64,000 bases of DNA, taken from Squalus acanthias (Eukaryota). The stretch is from the NCBI GenBank assembly GCA_030390025.1, contig CM059432.1, positions 35,466,001 to 35,530,000 of the forward strand, in the 5' to 3' direction. Both the position numbers and the translations under genes were made by a program. Below the pieces are notes generated by a model. That model did not search any database. It was not told the origin of the DNA and saw nothing but the letters and a program-made list of their open reading frames with translations. Below, piece after piece: positions 11,838-21,506 of this stretch; position 1 is the stretch's first letter, and each line of letters begins with the position of its first letter.

Positions 11838-12216
11838 GAAATGTTGACACAAAAGCATGACCAAAATTAGTGACAACAGGAAGTGCGCCCAGGTTCAAAT
11901 CTCAGTCTTTGCTGGCCTCAGTCGGTAGTTTGATGGCAGCACTGCAATTGGCCTCTGGGTTCAGCAGTCGTGGGGGGGAGGGGTGGAGATGGGGGAAATC
12001 AGCTCCTGATTGTTACCTGGTGACGCCTGCGGGAATATGTTTGATTATTGGGTATGGACAAGACCATGGTTCGCTGTGGTGTCTGACAGAGCTTTAATTG
12101 AGAAGAAATGGGTTATGAATGGTATTGAGGAGAAATGTTGACACACAAGCACGACCAAAATTAGTGACAACAGGAAGTGCGCCCAGGTTCAAATCTCAGT
12201 CTTTGCTGGCCTCAGT
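11838..12216 (+). repeat. 85-bp direct duplication (11838-11922 and 12132-12216)
   Basis: The two copies differ at only two positions I can see; both contain CAGGAAGTG. Confidence 0.9.
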
Positions 12217-12430
12217 AGATTGTACAGTGTCTGTGGGAGGAGATTAAGTGGGTGGGCAGGGTCCATGATGGGGTAGCCTGTACAGGGTTTGTGGTAGAAG
12301 TTTAAATGGGTGGGCAGGGTCCATAATATGGTAGAGTGTACAGGGTCAGTGGAAAGAGATTAAATGGGTGGGGTAGAGTCCATGATAGGGTAGATTGTAC
12401 AGGGTCTGTGGGAGGAGGGGCCTTAATGGG
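12215..12430. repeat. Degenerate tandem repeat, about 58-bp unit, 3-4 copies
   Basis: Recurring GTAGA..GTACAGGGT...TTAAATGGGTGGG...GTCCATGAT. Confidence 0.75.
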
Positions 12431-12934
12431 ACAAAGTGTCTGTTCTTGTTTTGTTATCTGCACTCCAATTATCTGCTGCAGTTTTCGCTTGAGAAAACAG
12501 TGCATGAGATGTAAATTCGTTGCACCTCTGCTGATATCAATCTCCTGCCATTGTATGTAAATCAATCTCACAGCCCAAGGAATATTAAGTTCAATATTTG
12601 CATTATAAATTATAAGTGGAGGATATTGCTGCACCATGTATAGTAAACCAAAATTTGGGGACCTTCAATTATGGGCCCATTTCCATTCTCCCCAAAAGGG
12701 GTCACCTTCAAAATTGCGAATGATGGAAGTCCCACCCTAATGTGGTTCCCACAGCTTTTCAGTGATTATGCTCTGGGTGAGTTTGGGTTAATTTTCTTTT
12801 GCGCCTTCTGTATGTTATGTAAACAGGACAATGGAAGTCCTGGTCAAACAGGATACAGTTTTCTTTCTGTCCTTCTCTCGTGACTGGAGGTCTGGTGGCA
12901 TCATTTGTTGGCAGCCACACAGCCTACGAGCTTG

Positions 12935-13738
12935 GAATCATAGAATGGTTACAGCACAGAAGGAGGCCATTCTGCCCGTCGAGCCCGTGCTGGCTCTCTG
13001 CAAGAGCACTTCAGCTAGTCCCACTCCCCTGCTCTTTCCCCGTAGCCCTGCAAATTTCTTTCCTTCAGGTACTTATCCAACTCCCTTTTGAAAGCCGTGA
13101 TTGAGTCTGCCTCCGCCACCCTTACAGGTAGTGCATTCCAGATCCTAACCACTCGCTGCGTAAAAAAGTTTTTTCTTATGTTGTCTTTGGTTCTTTTGCC
13201 AATCACCTTAAATCTGTGTCCTATGGTTCTCGACCCTTCTGCCAATGTGAACAGTTTCTCTCTATCTGCTCTGTCCAGACCCCTCATGATTTTGAACACC
13301 TCTATCAAATCTCCTCTCACTCTTCTTTGCTCTAAGGAGAACAACCCCAGCTTCTCCAGTCTATCCACGTAACTGAAGTCCCTCATCCCTGGAATCATTC
13401 TTGTAAATCTTTTCTGCACCTCTCTAAGGCCTTCACATCCTTCCTAAAGTGCGGTGCCCAGAATTGGACACAATACTCAGTTGAGGCCGAACCAGTGTTT
13501 TATACAGGTTCATCATAATTTCCACGCTTTTGTACCCTATACCTCTATTCATGATGCCCAGGATCCCATAAGGTGTTTTAACTGCTTTCTCAACCTGCAG
13601 TGCCACCTTCAACGATTTGTGCTCATATACCCCTAGGTCTCTTTGCCATGCACCCACTTTAGGATTGTACCCTTTAGTTTATATTTCCTCTCCTCATTCT
13701 TTATACCAAAATGTATCACTTCGCACTTTTCTGCGTTA
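12935..13738 (-). mobile_element. CR1 LINE 3' part (continues at 16771-16960, split by LINE A)
   Basis: ORFs 13015-13419 (RFTRMIPG...FFTQRVVRIWN) and 13433-13657 (LYKTLVRPQL); ATTCTATGATTC-type tail. Confidence 0.9.
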
Positions 13739-16700
13739 AGAATAATAATAAGAAATAAACCAGACGGACCACCTGGCATTGACCTCTGCACCTGCTACGG
13801 ACACGGCAACGGCACACCCAGCCCAGTCAACCCTGCAAAGTCCTCCTCACCAACATCTGAGAACTTGTGCCAAAATTGGAGAGCTGTCCCACAGACTAGT
13901 CATGCAACAGCCTGGCATAGTTATACTCACAGAATCATACCTTTCAGCCAATGTCCCAGAAGGGTCATTGACTTGAAACGTTAACTCTGTTTCTCTAATC
14001 ACAGATGCTGCCTGACCTGCTGAGTATTTCCAGCATTTTCTGTTTTTATTCCTCCATCACCATCCCTGGGTATGTCCTGTCCCACCGGCAGGACAGACCC
14101 ACCAGGGGTGGCGGCACAGTGGTATACAGTCGTGAAGGAGTGGCCTGGGAGTCCTCAACATTGACTCCGGACCCCATGACGTCTCATGGCTTCAGGTCAA
14201 GCATGGGCAAGGAAACCTCCTGCTGATTACCACCTACTGCCCTCCCTCAGCTGATGCATCAGTACTCCGCCATGTTGAACACCACTTGGAAGAAGCACTG
14301 AGAGTAGCAAGGGCACAGAATATACTCTGGGTGAGGGACTTCAATGTCCATCACCAAGAGTGGCTCGGTAGCGACACTACTGACCGAGCTGGCCGAGTCC
14401 TGAAGGACATAACTGCCAGTCTGGGCCTGCGACAGGTGGTGAGAGGACCAACACCAACAAGGAAAAATCTACTTGACCTCGTCCGCACCAATCTACCTGT
14501 CGCAGATGCATCTGTCCATGGCAGCATTGGCAGCAGTGACCACCGCACAGTCATTGTGGAGACGAAGTCCCATCTTCACACTGAGGACACCCTCCATCGT
14601 GTGGTGTGGCACTACCACCGTGCTAAATGGGATAGATTCAGAACAGATCTAGCAGCTCAAAACTGGGCATCCATGAGGCGCTGTGGGCCATCAGCAGCAG
14701 CAGAATTGTATTCCACCACAATCTGTAACCTCATGGCCCGGCATATCCCTCACTCTACCATTACCATCAAGCCAGGGGATCAACCCTGGTTCAATAAGGA
14801 GTGTAGAAGAGCATGCCAGGAGCAGCACCAGGCGTACCTAAAAATGAGGTGCCAACCTGGGGAGGCTGCAACACAGGACTACATGCATGCTAAAAAGCGG
14901 AAGCAGCATGCTATAGACAGGGCTAAGCGATCCCACAATCAACAGATCAGATCAAAGCTCTGCAGTCCTGCCACATCCAGTCGTGAATGGTGGTGGACCA
15001 TTAAACAACTAACGGGAGGAGGAGGCTCCAAGAATATCCCCATCCTCAATGATGGGGGAGCCCAGCACGTAAGTGCAAAAGACAAGGCTGAAGCGTTTGC
15101 AACCATCTTCAGCCAGAAGTGCCGAGTGGATGATCCATATCAGCCTCCTCCTGAGGTCCCCACCATCACAGAAGCCAGTCTTCAGCCAATTCGATTCACT
15201 CCACATGATATCAAGAAACGGCTCAGCGCACTGGATACAGCAAAGGCTATGGGCCCCGACAACATCCCGGCTGTCCTGCTGAAGACTTGTGCTCCAGAAG
15301 TAGCTGTGACTCTAGCCAAGCTGTTCCAGTACAGCTACAACACTGGCATCTATCCGACAATGTGGAGAACTGCCCAGGTTTGTCCTGTCCACAAAAAACA
15401 GGACAAATCCAATCCGGCCAATTTCCGCCCCATCAGTCTACTCTCAATCGTCAGCAAAGTGATGGAAGGTGTCATCAACAGTGCTATCAAGCGGCACTTA
15501 CTCACCAATAACCTGCTCACTGATGCCCAGTTTGGGTTCCGCCAAGACCATTCGGCTCCCGACCTCATTACAGCCTTGGTCCAAACATGGACAAAGGAGC
15601 TGATTTCCAGAGGTGAGGTGAGAGAGACTGCCCTTGACATCAAGGCAGCATTTGACGGAGTGTGGCATCAAGGAGCGCTAGTAAAATTGAAGTCAATGGG
15701 AATCAGGGGGGAAACTCTCCACTGGCTGGAGTCATACCTAGCACAAAGTAGATGGTTGTGGTGATTGGAGGTCAATCATCACAGCCCCAGGACATCGCTG
15801 CAGGAGTTCCTCAGGGCAGTGTCCTAGGCCCAACCATCTTCAGCTGCTTCATCAATGACCTTCCCTCCAACATAAATTCAAAAATGGGGATGTTCGCTGA
15901 TGACTGCACAGTGTTCAGTGCCATTCACAACTCCTCAGATAATGAAGCAGTCCATGCCCGCATGCAACAAGACCTGGATGACTTTCAGGCTTGGACTGAT
16001 AAGTGGCAGGTAACATTCGCGCCACAGAAGTGCCAGGCAATGACTATCTCCAACAAGCGAGAGTCTAACCACTGCCCTTTGACATTCAATGGCATTACCA
16101 TCGCCGAATCCCCCACCATCAACATCCTGGGGGTCACCATTGACCAGAAACTTAACTGGACCAGCCACATAAATACTGTGGCAACAAGAGCAGGTCAGAG
16201 GCTAGGTATTCTGCGGCGAGTGTCTCTCCTTCTGACTCCCCAAAACCTTTCCAACATCTACAAGGCACAAGTAAGGAGTGTGATGGAATACTCTCCACTT
16301 GCCTGGATGAGTACAGCTCCAACAACACACAAGAAGCTCGACACCATCCAGGACAAAGCAGCCCGCTTGATTGGCACCCCATCCACCACCTTAAACATTC
16401 ACTCCCTCCACCACCGGCGTACCATGGCTGCAGTGTGTACCATCTACAAGATGCACTGCAGCAACTCGCCAAGGCTTCTTTGGCAGCACCTCCCAAACCC
16501 GCGACCTCTTCCACCTAGAAGGACAAGGGCAGCAGGCGCATGGGAACACCACCACCTCCAAGTGCCCCTCCAAGTCACACACCATCCTGACTTAGAAGTA
16601 TATCGCCGATCCTTCATCATCGCTGGTCAAAATCCTGGAACTCCCTACCTAACAGCACTGTGGGAGTACCTTCACCACACGGACTGCAGCGGTCCCAGAA

Positions 16701-16770
16701 GGCGGCTCACCACCACCTTCTCCAGGGCAATTAGGGATGGGCAATAAATGCTGGCCTTGCCAGCGACGCC
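13739..16770 (+). mobile_element. LINE family A, near-complete APE-RT ORF (pseudogenised)
   Basis: 492-aa ORF 14286-15764 and 331-aa ORF 15752-16747 joined by one frameshift. APE motifs (ILTESYL, DFNVHH, SDH) and RT motifs (FRPISLL, QFGFR, GVPQGSVLGP, FADD). Confidence 0.95.
13961..14049 (+). mobile_element. Penelope-type terminal fragment inserted in LINE A
   Basis: Matches the terminus of the element at 37178-37280 (GAAACGTTAACTCTGTTTCTCT...CTGCTGAGTATTTCCAGC). Absent from the other LINE A copies. Confidence 0.8.
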
Positions 16771-16960
16771 CATTCCACCAGCCTGTCTATGTCCTCTTGA
16801 AGTCTATCACTATCCTCCTCACTGTTCACTATACTTCCAAGTTTAGTGTCATCTGCAAATTTTGAAATTGTGCCCTGTACACCCACATCCAAGATATTAA
16901 TATATATCAAGAAAAGCAGTGGTTCTAGAACCGACCCCTGGGGAACACCCCTGTATACCT
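16771..16960 (-). mobile_element. CR1 RT fragment (5' continuation of 12935-13738)
   Basis: ORF 16731-16970 GVPQGSVLEP...SKFADDTKLG. Confidence 0.85.
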
Positions 16961-17147
16961 TGAAGAGCAAGGTCAGAGCAAGAGAACTAGATGATGGGGT
17001 TGGGGAGTTCAGATTGTTCTGGTTGTGATATGGTCTCTCCCTTTCTGTAAGAGTCTAAAGCTTCTGACTTTGAACTTGTGATTTCACCCAAGTTCCTCGA
17101 TTGTGTCACCTCCACATCTCGGACCATCTTTTATTCTGTACTTCGGT

Positions 17148-17595
17148 GACAGCCATGGCTCAAATGGTAGCACTCTCGCCTCTTCGTCATTAGATTGTGG
17201 GTTCAAGTCCAACTTCAGAGACTGAGGCACATAATTTAGGCTGACACTCCAGTACAGTACTGAGGGAATGCTGCATTGTCGGAGGCGCCGTCCTTTGGAT
17301 GGGATGTTAAACCAAGGCCCCATCTGCCCTCTCGGGTGGACGTAATAGCAGTATTTGAAAAAGAGCAGGGGAGTTTGCCTGGTGTCCTGGCCAATATTTA
17401 TCCCTCAACCAACATCATTAGAAGATTATCTGGTCTTTAATTTAATTGTTGTTTGTGGGCCCTTGCTGTGTGCAAATTGGCTGCCACGTTTTACTATATT
17501 ACAACAGTGGCTACAATTCCAAAGTAGTTAATTGGCTGTAAAGTGCTTTGGGACGTCCTGAGGTCCAATATAAATGCAAGTTCTTGTTTTCTTTT
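17148..17595 (+). mobile_element. Deu-domain SINE (SacSINE1-like), full length
   Basis: A box TGGCTCAAATGG, B box GGTTCAAGTCC, Deu-like core GGATGGGATGTTAAACCAAGGCCCC...GGTGTCCTGGCCAAT, L2-type tail TATAAATGCAAGTTC. Confidence 0.88.
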
Positions 17596-18055
17596 TGATG
17601 TCAGAAAGCACTTCTTCACAGAGTGCAAATAATATCTGGAATGGGCCGGGGGGGGTGGGCAAGTGGGGACAACACTCTGAAGTCATTCAATGGGAAGTTA
17701 GGTGCTGTGATGAGAAATTGTAGGGAAGGATGAACTAGATGCGCCGAAAGGCCCCTCCATCCATATTTACCTTTGTGAAAGGAATTTCTTCTGAGTTCCA
17801 AATGTGTTTAATACGTAAAGACATTTTCCTGTTTTAAATGTGCAGCCTGGTTTGCTAAATGCACAGGCTGAATTAGTACATCGGATATTTCGGAGCCAAT
17901 GGTGTTAAAAATGCCAAATGAAAGAACTCCAATTAAAACAGAGAACCATAATGAAGTCATTACTTTGCATGTATGCACAAAGATATGTTTGTTTTCCTAA
18001 TGGATATTTAATGGGCTTGCAAATTGTGGGGATGACAGCATAAACGGGTGAGGAA

Positions 18056-18405
18056 ACCCAGGTGAGATAAACAAATTGGAGGGGCCCCCCCCCCCCCCAG
18101 GTGAGACGGGGCAAGAGGGCCCCCCCCCCCCAGGTGAGACGGTAAGAGGCCCCCCCCCAGGTGAGACGGTAAGAGGGCCCCCCCCCAGGTGAGACGGGGT
18201 AAGAGGGGCCCCCCCAGGTGAGACGGTAAGAGGGGGCCCCCAGGTGAGACAGGGTAAGAGGGGTCCCCCCAGGTGAGACAGGGTAAGAGGGGCCCCCCAG
18301 GTGAGACGGGGTATGAGAGGCCCCCCAGGTGAGACGGGGTAAGAGGGGCCCCCCAGGTGAGACGGGGTATGAGAGGCCCCCCAGGTGAGACGGGGTAAGA
18401 GGGGC
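18056..18405. repeat. GC-rich minisatellite, 26-33-bp unit, about 12 copies
   Basis: Unit approximately CCCCCAGGTGAGACGGGGTAAGAGGGG with variable C/G run lengths. Confidence 0.95.
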
Positions 18406-19649
18406 AGAAGGTGAAATAGAGTAAACAGAGTAGTGCTGCACCTGAGTCAAGCTGACAGCATGGGTAGATGGGTCTGAAATCAATTAAAAAGGATTAGTAT
18501 TGTTGGGCCTGCATGACTTTTTTTCCATTCCTAACATGTGTCTTGGTATGGAAGGTCGTGATGACCATTTGATGAGATGCATGATAGGAGAATTGTTGAA
18601 AGCTCACAGGATCCAAACTGTAAATTAAATTAGTGATTGGAGAGGTAATAGGAATCCGAGGCTAGTTACCAATGGAAATGGTTCTAATTGGGCAGCTGCG
18701 ACCTCCTTCCTTCACAGAACATTCTTTCGACTCTTCAGTTATTGAAAATCTTTACCAATGACCTTGAACAAGGTAGACGAGTAAGCGTTCAGATGTGAGG
18801 TACACAACTTGGAAGACTTCGAGGGAAGATTAGCAATGGGTAATGAAAACAACAGTGCATAGTGACAAATGCAGTGCAACACACACCAATAAATAGCAGG
18901 TGTGATTACAAAAGGAGTGGTGGATTGTCAAACTAAGGTGCAGCAGGAGTGCTGTGGGACTTAACGCCAAATCTTGTCACATTACAGTGCAGGGATTGTC
19001 AAAACAAATTGCACACTTGGGTGTATCACTGGATGAACACATAGGAATTGCGCTTACTCTCTCCACAAAGCAATGGTGAAACCACATTCCAGAGTGTTGT
19101 AACTTTGATGGCGAATAACTGCTCCGGGAAGATTCGAACGGCTTGTTATTGTTTTCATCTTGGATTCTAGTTTAAATGACAATATGGCCTAGAAATTGGA
19201 CCACTTACCGCTATCCATTTGCGCCGCTGTCCTGGTGAAAAATGATGGCCGCCACTCTAGCGCCCTTCACTGGCGTGGAATTCGGCGCCCACCATTTTGG
19301 TGAGGGCCTTAGCGCTGCCGATAGCAGTGCTGGCCGTGGACATGTAAATAAAGAGCGGGTGACTGCACGCCGACTTAACGTCACCTCAGCGAACTTTGAC
19401 CTTAGCGCTGAGTTCAGCGCTGGGTCCTAAGCTCACTATGAAAACCCAGCATTCAGCAGACTGACAGAGATGCTGTCAGCACCTCATAAATGGACACACT
19501 CATCTTTCAGGTAAGTTTGCATTTAAGCTTTAGGACTGGATTTTTATTTTATTGAAGTAGTGGCTTGGAGCAATACAGGTTAAACGTTTTTTAAGTGTGC
19601 AGGGAATGCGGCTGGAGGCTTGCAAGGCCTCGGATGGTAAAGGATATAT

Positions 19650-21355
19650 AGGATTACATAGGATATGGCACAGAAACAGGCCATTTGGCCCAACCAGTCC
19701 ATGCTGGCATTTATGCTCCACTCGAGCCTCCTCCCGTCTTTTCTCTTCTAAATCTATCAGTATAACTCTCTATTCCCTTCTCCCTCATATGCTTGTCTAG
19801 CCCCCCCTTAAATGCATCTATACTATTCGCTTCAACCACTCCCTGTGGTAATGAGTTCCACATTCTCACCACTCTTTGGGTAAAGAAGTTTCTTCTGAAT
19901 TCCCTATTGGATTTCTTGGTGACTATCTTATATTGATGGCCTCTCGTTATGCTCTTCCCCACAAGTGGAAACATTCTCTCTGTATCCACTCTATCAAAAC
20001 ATTTCATAATTTTAAAGACCTCTATTAGGTCACCCCTCAGCCTTCTTTTTTCAAGAGAAGAGACCCAGCCTGTTCATCCTTTCCTGTTATGTATGTATAC
20101 CCTCACATTTCTGGTATCATCCTTGTAAATCTTCTCTGCACCCTCTCCAGTGCCTCTATATCCTTTTAATAATATGGCGACCAGAACTGTACGCAGTACT
20201 CTAAGTGTGGTCCAACCAAGGTTTGATACAGGTTTAGCATAACTTCCCTACTTTTCAATTCTATCCCTCTAGAAATAAACCCTAGTGCTTGGTTTGCTTT
20301 ATTTATGGCCTTGCTAACCTGTGTTGCAACTTTTAGTGATTTGTGTATTTGTACTCCGAGATCCCTTTGTTCCTCTACCCCACCTAGACTTGCACCCTCC
20401 AAGTAATAGTGACCTCCCTATTCTTCCTACCAAAATGTAATACCTCACATTTATCTGTGTTGAACTTCATTTGCCAATTATATGCCCATTCTGCAAGTTT
20501 ATTAATGTCCTCCTGTAATTTGTTGCAGTCCTCCTCAGTATTGACTATCCCCCCCAATTTGGTGTCATCTGCAAATTTAGAAATTGTGTTCTTGATTCCA
20601 AAGTCTAAATCGTTAATATAAATTGTGAACAACAGTGGTTCCAGCACTGATCCTTGTGGAACACCACAACCCACCTTCTGCCACTGTGAATAGCTACCTT
20701 TTACTCCTACTCTCTGCTTTCTGTCTTGAAGCCAGCTAGCTATCCATTCTGCTACTTGTCCCCTGACTCCGCATTCTCTGACCTTGTTCATCAGTCTATT
20801 ATGGGGTACCTTGTCGAAGGCCTTTTGAAAATCTAGATAAATTACATCTACTGCATTACCATTGTCTACTCTCTCTGTTACCTCTTCAAAAAATTTAATG
20901 AAGTTGGTCAAGCAAGACTTTCCCTTTTGAAATCCATGCTGACTATTCATTACTATGTTTTTTGTTTCTAGATGTTCTTCTATTTTCTCCTTTAGTAGGG
21001 ATTCCATTATTTTTCAACCACCGATGTTAAGCTGACTGGTCTATAATTCCCTGGACATGTTCTATCCCCCTTCTTAAATATAGGTATTATGTTAGCTATC
21101 TGCCAGTCCTCTGGCACTACACCATTTTACTAACGATTTATTAAATATGTGTAGTAATGCCTCTGCTATCTCTTCCCTAGATTCTTTTAAAATGTGTGGA
21201 TGCAATCTATCTGGACCAGGGGTTTTATCCTCTTTGAGTTTGATTAGTTTATTTAATGTATCCCCTCTTTTTATTTTAAATGCACTTATCTCAATACTAA
21301 TCTCATCATCCAATGTCATGTCCACCTGTTCTAAATGTCATGTCCACCTGTTCTA
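19650..21355 (-). mobile_element. CR1 LINE, 5'-truncated RT region and tail
   Basis: ORFs 20384-21007 (QHGF, YLDFQKAFD, GVPQGS, FADD), 20166-20402, 19711-20007, 21092-21325. Confidence 0.93.
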
Positions 21356-21365
21356 TCTTTTGAGA

Positions 21366-21506
21366 AGACAGAAAATGCTGGAAATACTCAGCAGGTCAGG
21401 CAGCATCCATGGAGAGAGAAACAGAGTTCACATCTCGGGTCGAGATGCTGCCTGACCTGCTGAGTATTTCCAGCATGTTATGCTTTTATTTCAGATTTTC
21501 AGCATC
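21366..21506. mobile_element. Inverted pair of Penelope-type termini (hairpin)
   Basis: Perfect 33-bp inverted repeat, 21375-21407 and 21444-21476. Confidence 0.8.

Noticed and set aside
14286..16747. Active LINE ORF2
   Set aside because: Frameshift near 15750, insertion at 13961-14049, further indels in the APE region and C-terminus, and GDFN altered to RDFN.
17148..17225. tRNA genes at SINE heads
   Set aside because: A/B boxes continue into the SINE body and tail, and no complete cloverleaf is evident.
18056..18405. CRISPR-like array, and the repetitive 192-aa ORF 17905-18483
   Set aside because: Inter-repeat segments are variants of each other, not unique spacers. There are no cas genes and the context is vertebrate. 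The ORF is a by-product of the minisatellite.
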